DNA of 64,000 nt from an uncultured Candidatus Saccharibacteria bacterium (GTDB lineage Bacteria; Patescibacteriota; Minisyncoccia; Phycocordibacterales; UBA2100). Where the stretch lies: the NCBI GenBank assembly GCA_964584225.1, contig CAZOZG010000001.1, positions 21,652 to 85,651 of the forward strand. The letters run 5' to 3'. This document shows positions 56,892-64,000 of the stretch, one piece after another. The position numbers and the translations under genes were made by a program. The notes beneath the pieces were generated by a model. That model did not search any database. It was not told where the DNA came from and worked only from the letters and a program-made list of their open reading frames with translations. Positions within the stretch are counted from its first letter, which is position 1. Each line of letters starts with the position of its first letter.

Positions 56892-57512
56892 ATGAATAAG
56901 AACCGACTCGAAGCCCTGTCGGACGGTGTGTTCTCCATTGTGATGACGCTTCTCATTTTCAACATCGCAGTTCCGACGATTCAGGGCACACCGACGGACG
57001 CAGCAGTTCTCCAGGATCTGCTGAAGCTTTGGCCCCTCTTGGCGAGCTACTTCACCAGTTTCGCCGTACTCGCGATGTTCTGGATCTCGCACAACTTTTT
57101 CTATCATTCATTCACGCTTGAGGTGAATCGAAAGCTGGTACTCCTCAACATGCTCTACCTATCGCTTCTCGCGTTGATTCCGTTTTCGACACGGCTTCTT
57201 GGTCAGTACGAAGATGTGCGCATCGCAGTTTTGGTGTACGGGCTGAATGTGTTTCTCATCGGTATTGTCGCGACATTCGTGTTGCATTATGCAATCTATT
57301 CGCATGAGATCGACATAAGCCACATCGAGCCGCGTCTGCTGCGGCAAGCTCGCGTGCGCTCGCTGATTACGCCGACTTTTGCCGCGATCGGCATCATCGC
57401 GGCATACTTTTCGACGCCGCTCGCACTTTTGTGTTTTGCATTCCCGGTCGTTTTCAATCTCGTGCCCGGCATGCTCAATTTCGCCGAGCAAATCTTTGGG
57501 TTTACGCTCTAA
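56892..57512 (+). CDS. TMEM175 (DUF1211) family K+ channel
   Basis: RLEALSDGVFSIVMTLL, FWISH. Confidence 0.9.
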   Translation: MNKNRLEALSDGVFSIVMTLLIFNIAVPTIQGTPTDAAVLQDLLKLWPLLASYFTSFAVLAMFWISHNFFYHSFTLEVNRKLVLLNMLYLSLLALIPFSTRLLGQYEDVRIAVLVYGLNVFLIGIVATFVLHYAIYSHEIDISHIEPRLLRQARVRSLITPTFAAIGIIAAYFSTPLALLCFAFPVVFNLVPGMLNFAEQIFGFTL

Positions 57513-57563
57513 AAAAGAAACCGCCGCGGCTTGCGGGCCGCGGCGGGTTTGCTGTAAGAGCAA

Positions 57564-57836
57564 CTACGTCACGAGTTTGACGGCAACGAATGACGGCCAT
57601 CGTTTGTTCCACGGTCCGTAGTGTAGATTAATTGCGTCGTCGAAATCTTTGCCGATCGTGTGGAAGAGCGTACGTGCGTTGACACACACAGTCTTACCAG
57701 GATGATCATGTGTCAGTCGCTTCTGATGCGCATTGAGCCACACATCGGCATTAGCGAATACCATGGTCTTCGTGATAGACCACGGACGTATCGCGTCCAT
57801 TTCTTCCTCAGTGAGGCCTTTCAGTTCAAAGATCAT
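57564..57836 (-). CDS. Hypothetical protein (DUF5678-like)
   Basis: WLNAHQKRL...HPGKTVCV...GKDFDDA; AGGAG SD. Confidence 0.6.
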   Translation of the reverse strand: MIFELKGLTEEEMDAIRPWSITKTMVFANADVWLNAHQKRLTHDHPGKTVCVNARTLFHTIGKDFDDAINLHYGPWNKRWPSFVAVKLVT

Positions 57837-57930
57837 GGGTTCTCCTTTTTCCGGACAGTGAGCGAGTCTGAACAAATTCAGAGTCGGTCGCTATCTAAAG
57901 TTAGCGTGCTGGTGGCGCCGCAGAGTACTG

Positions 57931-57981
57931 CGGCATCCTACAAAAATATAGTCGCTTCGCTTCTTATTTTTGTGGAGATGG
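57931..57981. repeat. Inverted repeat, left arm, overlapping the tmRNA 3' end
   Basis: CGGCATCCTACAAAAATATA-loop-TTATTTTTGTGGAGATGG. Confidence 0.85.
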
Positions 57982-58358
57982 AGGGAATTGCACCCTCGTC
58001 CAGAGAAGGGAAGATGTATGCTTCTACACAGCGTAGATCATCTTGAAGTTTTAAATCACGTACCTAAAAGATGAACGAAACGGTACGCGATCGAGCTCGT
58101 TGTCTCGGAAATCTGCTGAGCAGACAGAATTCCATGCTTGAGATTTGTTACGCCCGGCGGAAATTAATCAAGCATCATCTCCGTGGACGGCGCTTAGGCT
58201 ACGAGAGCGTAAGCGGGCTGCAGGTCCGCCAATTGAATTGGCGAGAGTACTGCACGTGCTACTTTGTTCGCACTTAGTTTTGAGGCAGTTTCGAAAGATG
58301 CCCCAACTTTGTTGTGCACATACAAAATCCTATTTCCCTGTCGAAACTGATCATCCCC
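57973..58358 (-). ncRNA. ssrA: tmRNA
   Basis: 5' GGGGATG...TTCGAC; 3' T-arm and CATCTCCA with G3-U70; tag ORF ending YALVA; adjacent to smpB. Confidence 0.95.
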
Positions 58359-58410
58359 CACCTCCACAAAAATAACGAGCCGCAGGCGAGTATATTTTTG
58401 TAGGATGCCG
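58358..58410. repeat. Inverted repeat, right arm, abutting the tmRNA 5' end
   Basis: Reverse complement reads CGGCATCCTACAAAAATATA-loop-TTATTTTTGTGGAGGTGG. Confidence 0.85.
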
Positions 58411-58465
58411 AGCGTATGCGAGGCACCGGCATTTCGTTTTGGAAGTGGCGAATGACCACAACAGG

Positions 58466-58906
58466 TCAATCTTTCAAAGTGCGTTCGATGCGGCGTTTCT
58501 CTTCACGCGCTCGGATAGTATGACGTTTATCTTCCTTTTTCTTTCCGCGCGCAATGGCGATCGAGAGTTTCAGTTTTCGACCTTTATTGTAGACCTTAAT
58601 CGGCACGATTGTCAAGCCCTTTTGGCCTTCAGCTGAAGCCACATGTGCGATTTCTTTCTCTGTGAGAAGAAGCCGACGCGTTCGTTCTGCGTCGTAACTC
58701 TTTGGGGTGTTATTCGTTTGCCATGGTGGAATCGATGCGCCGACGAGGTACACCTCGCCACCGCGTGCGACGACGTGCGCACCTTTGAGGGAGCCGTGTC
58801 CGGCTCGAAGCGACTTCACTTCAAGTCCAAGCAATTCCAGACCCGCCTCCATCGTTTCAATGATCGAGTAGTCGAAGCTGACGCGGCTATTTTCCACCAG
58901 CGACAT
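58466..58906 (-). CDS. smpB: SsrA-binding protein
   Basis: EAGLELLGLEVKSLR, RTRRLLL, ARGKKKEDKR. Confidence 0.97.
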   Translation of the reverse strand: MSLVENSRVSFDYSIIETMEAGLELLGLEVKSLRAGHGSLKGAHVVARGGEVYLVGASIPPWQTNNTPKSYDAERTRRLLLTEKEIAHVASAEGQKGLTIVPIKVYNKGRKLKLSIAIARGKKKEDKRHTIRAREEKRRIERTLKD

Positions 58907-59073
58907 GTCGCTCACTATACCCCGCACCACTTTTTACAGAAAGAGGGTTTGAACGTGCAACGGTCGTACGGATACTGTTTGTTGTATAGATTGATGAGTT
59001 GGACGTGAAGAATGTGCCGCAGCAACGGCGTTTTTTCTTTTATAATCAGGCGTTTTATGTATAATGCCTTCTC

Positions 59074-60990
59074 ATGAGTGACGGAAATCAGAAACAACGA
59101 CGCGCACCAAAATCCCCGCGCGGACCGTCCACAGGTCCATCGTTGTGGATGCAGCTTGCAATTGCGTTTGCAGTCTTTTTGCTTCTTTCTGCCGCGTATT
59201 CGCTTCTTAGAGATTACGTCGTGAACCAACAAGAATCCGTTCCACTTTCGCAAATTGCCACCGACATCGTGGGCGCCAAGATCACGTCGATCACGATTGA
59301 AGGTGATTCGATCACTGCGACCTACACCGATAAGACAGAAAAGACTTCTCGCAAGGAAACTGAGAGCTCACTCACCGACACGCTCAAAAATTACGGTCTC
59401 ACGCCTGAGCAAATCGACGGCGTAAAAATCGAAGTCAAAGACGAAAGTGGCGTCCGGTTTTGGTTTCTCACGCTCGCTCCGCTGATTCTTCCGATCATCA
59501 TGATTTTTGCGCTGATCTGGTATCTCTCGCGCCAAATGCGAGGTGCGGGCATGCAAGCGTTTACTTTCGGTCGTTCGATGGCGCGCCTCACAAATCCGGA
59601 AGATACGGTGCAACGAGTCACTTTTGCCGACGTTGCCGGTGCCAAGGAAGCGAAAGCCGAGCTTTTGGAAATCGTCGACTTTCTTAAAAATCCGAAAAAA
59701 TTTATCCAAATCGGCGCGCGTATTCCAAAAGGCGTGCTTTTGATGGGAGCGCCAGGGACGGGGAAGACTTTGCTTGCGCGCGCGGTCGCCGGTGAAGCCG
59801 GCGTGCCGTTCTTCTCAATCTCGGGCTCTGAATTTGTCGAAATGTTTGTCGGTGTCGGTGCTTCGCGTGTGCGCGACCTCTTTCAGACAGCGAAAAAAGC
59901 ATCGCCCGCGATTGTCTTCCTTGATGAAATCGATGCCGTCGGACGCGTCCGCGGCACGGGCGTTGGTGGTGGCAATGACGAACGCGAACAAACACTGAAC
60001 CAGATTCTTGTCGAAATGGACGGCTTCGAGCCGAATGAAAAAGTCATTGTGATGGCAGCAACCAATCGCCCGGACGTGCTTGATCCCGCGCTCGTGCGTC
60101 CCGGCCGTTTCGATCGCCGTGTCGTCATTGATTTGCCGGATCGAAAAGATCGCGAAGATATTTTGAATGTGCACGCACGTACGAAACCGCTCGGGCCGGA
60201 TGTGAAGCTCTCAGTGATTGCCGAGCGCACGCCTGGTTTCTCTGGTGCGGACCTCGCGAATCTCATGAACGAAGGCGCGATTCTTGCTGCGCGCGAAGAT
60301 CGCAAAGAGGTGACGCAATTCGATCTCATCCGCTCGATCGAGAAAGTGATGCTCGGGCCCGAACGTCGCTCGCATGTTTTGAACGAAAAAGAAAAGAAGA
60401 TCACGGCGTATCACGAAGCCGGGCACGCGCTCGTCGCTTCTGTCTTACCGCACGCCGATCCGGTGCATAAAATTTCTATCATTTCGCGTGGCCGTGCGGC
60501 AGGATACACGCTGAAACTCCCATTTGAAGATCGACGCATGCAGTCGCGACTCGAATTCCTCGACGATATCGCCGTATCACTCGGCGGCTACCTTGCTGAA
60601 AAAATGATATTCGACGACGTCACGACGGGTGCTTCCAACGATCTCCAGGTACTCTCAGCGCTCGCGCGCGACATGGTCACGCGCTACGGCATGAGCGAAA
60701 AAATGGGACCAGTTGCATTCGACGCAGCACAGGGGCGCACAATGTTTGGTTCAGGACTCGAAGGTGGCGAACAATCAGAGCAGGTCGCCGCGCAAATCGA
60801 CGAAGAGGTGAAACACATCGTCGACGGCGCACACAAGCGCGCGGACGCAGTATTGAAAAAACATCGCAAAGCACTCGACGCCATCGCCGAGCGCCTCATC
60901 GAAGTTGAAACCATCGAGCGCGAAGAGTTTGAGCAAATACTCTTGGGCAACGGCATCGTCCCGAAGAAAAAAGAAGAGCGCGACGCCTAA
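59074..60990 (+). CDS. ftsH: ATP-dependent metalloprotease FtsH
   Basis: [30 protein letters not shown]. Confidence 0.99.
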   Translation: MSDGNQKQRRAPKSPRGPSTGPSLWMQLAIAFAVFLLLSAAYSLLRDYVVNQQESVPLSQIATDIVGAKITSITIEGDSITATYTDKTEKTSRKETESSLTDTLKNYGLTPEQIDGVKIEVKDESGVRFWFLTLAPLILPIIMIFALIWYLSRQMRGAGMQAFTFGRSMARLTNPEDTVQRVTFADVAGAKEAKAELLEIVDFLKNPKKFIQIGARIPKGVLLMGAPGTGKTLLARAVAGEAGVPFFSISGSEFVEMFVGVGASRVRDLFQTAKKASPAIVFLDEIDAVGRVRGTGVGGGNDEREQTLNQILVEMDGFEPNEKVIVMAATNRPDVLDPALVRPGRFDRRVVIDLPDRKDREDILNVHARTKPLGPDVKLSVIAERTPGFSGADLANLMNEGAILAAREDRKEVTQFDLIRSIEKVMLGPERRSHVLNEKEKKITAYHEAGHALVASVLPHADPVHKISIISRGRAAGYTLKLPFEDRRMQSRLEFLDDIAVSLGGYLAEKMIFDDVTTGASNDLQVLSALARDMVTRYGMSEKMGPVAFDAAQGRTMFGSGLEGGEQSEQVAAQIDEEVKHIVDGAHKRADAVLKKHRKALDAIAERLIEVETIEREEFEQILLGNGIVPKKKEERDA

Positions 60991-60993
60991 TCG

Positions 60994-62064
60994 TCAGTTC
61001 GCGATTTTCCAGTGAATTGTTTCGTTACCGAGGCCGTGCTTTACGTGGCCAATCGGCCAGAGGTTGACTCCTTCATCGGTCACCACTGGTTCCGTGATTT
61101 GCCAATCTTTTTTCTCCAAGGTAATCGTCTCCGGACTTGGTTCGATGCCAAAGAATGTGGGTCCATTGAGCGAAAGGAATCCTTCCAGCTTATCGAGCGC
61201 GCCAAGTTCGTCGAAAACTTGTGTGTACATCTCAATCGCCGCAGGGGAGCAAAAAACGCCAAAAACGACGCACGAGGAAAATTTCTTGGCTTCTGGATGC
61301 GGCGCGCTGTCGGTGCCGGCGGAAATAAACGGCAGGCCTTTTCGGGCAATGTCGCGGACGCGCTCACGATCCTCGCGCGTTTTTATGAGTGGCTTCATGT
61401 GAAGGAGCGTGCGGTAGCCGCCCGAAAAGGCCTGCCGGCGATCGTACATAAGATGCGTCGGCGTGATGGTCGCAACCAATTGCCCGGCTTTTCCGTTCTT
61501 TTCCATAAAGTCGACTGCCTTCGCGGTCGACATATGTTCGAGCGACACCTTGAGCTTTGGATACGAGTCCAAGAGGCGCGGTAAGACGTCTTCGATAAAC
61601 ATGCGCTCACCTTCGTACGGATCTTCTTCTTCGTCGTGATCGTTGAGATGCACCTCGCCGTGCAAAAGAAGCGGCATGCCGAGCTCCTCCATCTTTTTCA
61701 GTACCTCATTCGCCTCGAGAATGCTGCGATAGCCCCACTGGGAATTTGTCGTTGCTCCGTACGGATACGATTTCACTGCATGCACGCCATTGCCGAATGC
61801 TTTTTCAAGTTCGTCAGGCTTCAGATTCTTCGTGAGATAAAAAGTCATCAGTGGTTCAAACGCACTTCCAGTCGGCAGTGCGGCACAAATTTCTTTCTTG
61901 TATTCCATCGCTTGTGTGAGCGTCTCAATCGGCGGCTCGGTGTTGGGCATCACAATCGCGGCGTGAAATTTTGCTGCCGTGATCGGCGTCACCGCTCGCA
62001 GTACCGATCCGCGGCGCAGGTGCACGTGCGAGTCGAATGGTTTCTTGATCGTTATGGTTTGCAT
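60994..62064 (-). CDS. pyrC: Dihydroorotase (homodimeric type)
   Basis: DSHVHLR, IVMPN, YPYGATTNS, LHGE, GTDSAPH. Confidence 0.95.
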   Translation of the reverse strand: MQTITIKKPFDSHVHLRRGSVLRAVTPITAAKFHAAIVMPNTEPPIETLTQAMEYKKEICAALPTGSAFEPLMTFYLTKNLKPDELEKAFGNGVHAVKSYPYGATTNSQWGYRSILEANEVLKKMEELGMPLLLHGEVHLNDHDEEEDPYEGERMFIEDVLPRLLDSYPKLKVSLEHMSTAKAVDFMEKNGKAGQLVATITPTHLMYDRRQAFSGGYRTLLHMKPLIKTREDRERVRDIARKGLPFISAGTDSAPHPEAKKFSSCVVFGVFCSPAAIEMYTQVFDELGALDKLEGFLSLNGPTFFGIEPSPETITLEKKDWQITEPVVTDEGVNLWPIGHVKHGLGNETIHWKIAN

Positions 62065-62124
62065 ATGCGACGCGTTTAGAATAGCATCTCTCTCGGCCAA
62101 CTTCACTCTATAGAGGAGGAGTAT

Positions 62125-62544
62125 ATGCTGGTATCGTTGCGCACACTCTTCTTCTACCTCCTGAGTAAGAAGATCGTGCGATTCGGCGGGGTCGGATGCT
62201 TGAGCACGTCCCTCTACTACGGGCTCTTCATACTTTTCGAGGGAGAGCTTGGTATCAGGTACGAAATCGCATCGGCGCTGGGCTTTCTACCGGCGTTTGT
62301 TGTGAATTTCGTGCTGCACAAATCGTGGACGTTTAGCAATCATTCGTACGATCTTCGCACGCTCGCAAAACAGCTGCCGAATTTCTCCCTGAACAAACTG
62401 CTGTTTTTCGCAGCGAATCTCGGGATGCTCCATGTATGTGTCGAGTGGATTGGGTTAGCGCCCTGGCTCGCACAGATCATCGCCATCGCCGTCTTAGGCG
62501 GCCTCAGCTACGTGAGTCTTCTGTACTGGGTATTTGCTCGTTAA
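62125..62544 (+). CDS. GtrA family membrane protein
   Basis: IVRFGGVG, VNFVLHKSWTF. Confidence 0.88.
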   Translation: MLVSLRTLFFYLLSKKIVRFGGVGCLSTSLYYGLFILFEGELGIRYEIASALGFLPAFVVNFVLHKSWTFSNHSYDLRTLAKQLPNFSLNKLLFFAANLGMLHVCVEWIGLAPWLAQIIAIAVLGGLSYVSLLYWVFAR

Positions 62545-62605
62545 CCTCCGGTCGCGTATCGCGTCCGGAGGTTTCTTGTTGTGAAGAAAGCGCTATACTG
62601 CGCCG

Positions 62606-63739
62606 ATGAAGAAAAACGATGTGTCGAAGAAGGCGCTCGCGTTGCACAAAAAGCTTGGTGGCAAAATCAGAATTGAACCAGCGACTCCGGTGCGTAATCG
62701 CACAGATCTCTCGCTCGTGTACACACCTGGCGTCGCTGCAGTTTCTTCATACGTTGCAAAAAATCCTAGAGCTGCGCGCGACTACACGATCAAGGGTCGT
62801 GCGGTCGCCGTGATTTCTGATGGCTCTGCGGTTCTCGGGCTTGGAAATATTGGTGCGCTCGGGGCGTTGCCTGTGATGGAAGGCAAGTGCATGATTTTCA
62901 AATCGTTTGCTGGTGTCGAAGCAATTCCTCTCGTCTTGGACACACAGGATCCGGACGAAATTGTCGAGACGGTGATTCGCGTCGCACCCGCATTCGGGGG
63001 GATTAATCTCGAAGACATCGCCGCGCCAAAATGTTTTGATATTGAAAAAAGAATCGTCGATGCACTCACTATTCCAGTGATGCACGATGATCAGCACGGC
63101 ACGGCGATCGTGGTCGTCGCAGCGCTACTGAATGCGCTCAAAGTGGTGGGTAAAAAAATGACGAATGTGCGCATCGTGGTACTGGGCGCGGGAGCCGCGG
63201 GAGCGGCGACCGCGCATCTTTTGCATGCAGCGGGAGCAAAAAATATCATCGTGCTCGATAGCAAGGGCGTCGTCGATTCGAAGCGGCCGGAGTCGCACAA
63301 GAAAGAGTTGGCGAAGCACAACAAACACCAGATCCGCGGTGGTCTCCGCGATGCACTCAAAGGCGCCGATATTTTGCTCGGCGTTTCCGGTCCCAATCTT
63401 GTCACGGCTGCCGATGTTAAGCTCATGGCAAAAAAGGCGATTGTGCTTGCTATGGCGAATCCGGTCCCTGAAATCATGCCGGATGAGGCGAAGAAGGGTG
63501 GCGCTGCGATCGTCGGAACTGGCCGCTCTGACTTTCCAAACCAAATCAATAACTCGCTCGCATTTCCGGGTGTGTTCCGCGGCGCGTTGGACAATCGAGT
63601 ACGGAAAATTACCACACAAATGAAATTGAACGCTGCAAAAGCAATTGCGGCGCTCGTGCAAAAGCCGTCGACCAACAAAATCGTTCCTGACATGTTCGAC
63701 AAACGCGTTGCGCCAGCTGTCGCCAAAGTGATTCGTTAG
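62606..63739 (+). CDS. NAD(P)-dependent malic enzyme
   Basis: YTPGVA, DGSAVLGLGNIG, PVMEGK, HDDQHGTA, TGRSDFPNQINN. Confidence 0.95.
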   Translation: MKKNDVSKKALALHKKLGGKIRIEPATPVRNRTDLSLVYTPGVAAVSSYVAKNPRAARDYTIKGRAVAVISDGSAVLGLGNIGALGALPVMEGKCMIFKSFAGVEAIPLVLDTQDPDEIVETVIRVAPAFGGINLEDIAAPKCFDIEKRIVDALTIPVMHDDQHGTAIVVVAALLNALKVVGKKMTNVRIVVLGAGAAGAATAHLLHAAGAKNIIVLDSKGVVDSKRPESHKKELAKHNKHQIRGGLRDALKGADILLGVSGPNLVTAADVKLMAKKAIVLAMANPVPEIMPDEAKKGGAAIVGTGRSDFPNQINNSLAFPGVFRGALDNRVRKITTQMKLNAAKAIAALVQKPSTNKIVPDMFDKRVAPAVAKVIR

Positions 63740-63757
63740 GCCTATAATCGCCACATT

Positions 63758-63830
63758 GCGCCCGTAGCTCAACGGTTAGAGCACAGAGCTTATACCTCTG
63801 GGGTTCCTGGTTCGAATCCAGGCGGGCGTA
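63758..63830 (+). tRNA. tRNA-Ile (anticodon UAU)
   Basis: Cloverleaf; anticodon arm CAGAG-CT TAT AC-CTCTG; GGTTCGAATCC; CCA not encoded. Confidence 0.93.
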
Positions 63831-63873
63831 CATGAAACAAAATAGTGCCTACGCACTGTTTTGTTTCATGTAC
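63828..63873. repeat. Long hairpin overlapping the tRNA 3' end
   Basis: GTACATGAAACAAAATAGTGC-CTAC-GCACTGTTTTGTTTCATGTAC. Confidence 0.8.
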
Positions 63874-64000
63874 GAGGCGGAGCGATGCGAGCCGCAGCGG
63901 CGGCGAACCGCGAGCCGGGGTCGCGGAATTTTTTCCGCTACGGCGGACGAAATATCCGTGACTAGAGACGTGATACGATGCGTCGATGGAAATTACGACG

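Noticed and set aside
57900-58420. Permuted tmRNA or an island integrated at ssrA
   Set aside because: The 5' and 3' acceptor halves are in standard order, and no direct duplicate of the ssrA 3' end or integrase was found downstream.
1-64000. CRISPR array or cas genes
   Set aside because: No regularly spaced direct repeats or Cas motifs seen.
1-64000. UGA-to-Gly recoding (code 25)
   Set aside because: Conserved genes such as rplP and dinB end in TGA at the expected positions, and no conserved gene has an internal TGA.

Overview
Chromosomal segment of a small-genome bacterium using code 11, most likely Patescibacteria/CPR (Parcubacteria-like). This is inferred from the missing rpmD between rpsE and rplO, a tRNA-Ile with a UAU anticodon, pervasive leaderless genes and a solo VirD4/HerA-like ATPase. 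The window holds tuf, the S10-spc-secY ribosomal cluster broken by several insertions, gmk/adk/map, purD, ndk, infC-rpmI-rplT, a LexA-like/Pol IV cassette, tmRNA-smpB, ftsH, pyrC, malic enzyme and tRNA-Ile. Most striking: the accessory genes downstream of tuf are separated by up to six displaced copies of the tuf 3' end, several still carrying a terminator. The best copy reads [10 protein letters not shown] and differs from tuf almost only at third codon positions. This suggests an integrase-free, polarised gene-accretion array anchored on the end of tuf. Other candidates: an Lnt gene coupled to Cys/Gly-rich secreted proteins that lack a lipobox; a structured element repeated directly before rplD and rpsE; inverted repeats enclosing tmRNA; a duplicated orphan-antitoxin module with a shared promoter; a short 6S-like RNA; and structured leaders before rpsN and rplC. 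All family assignments come from motif recognition by eye; no database search or folding program was run.
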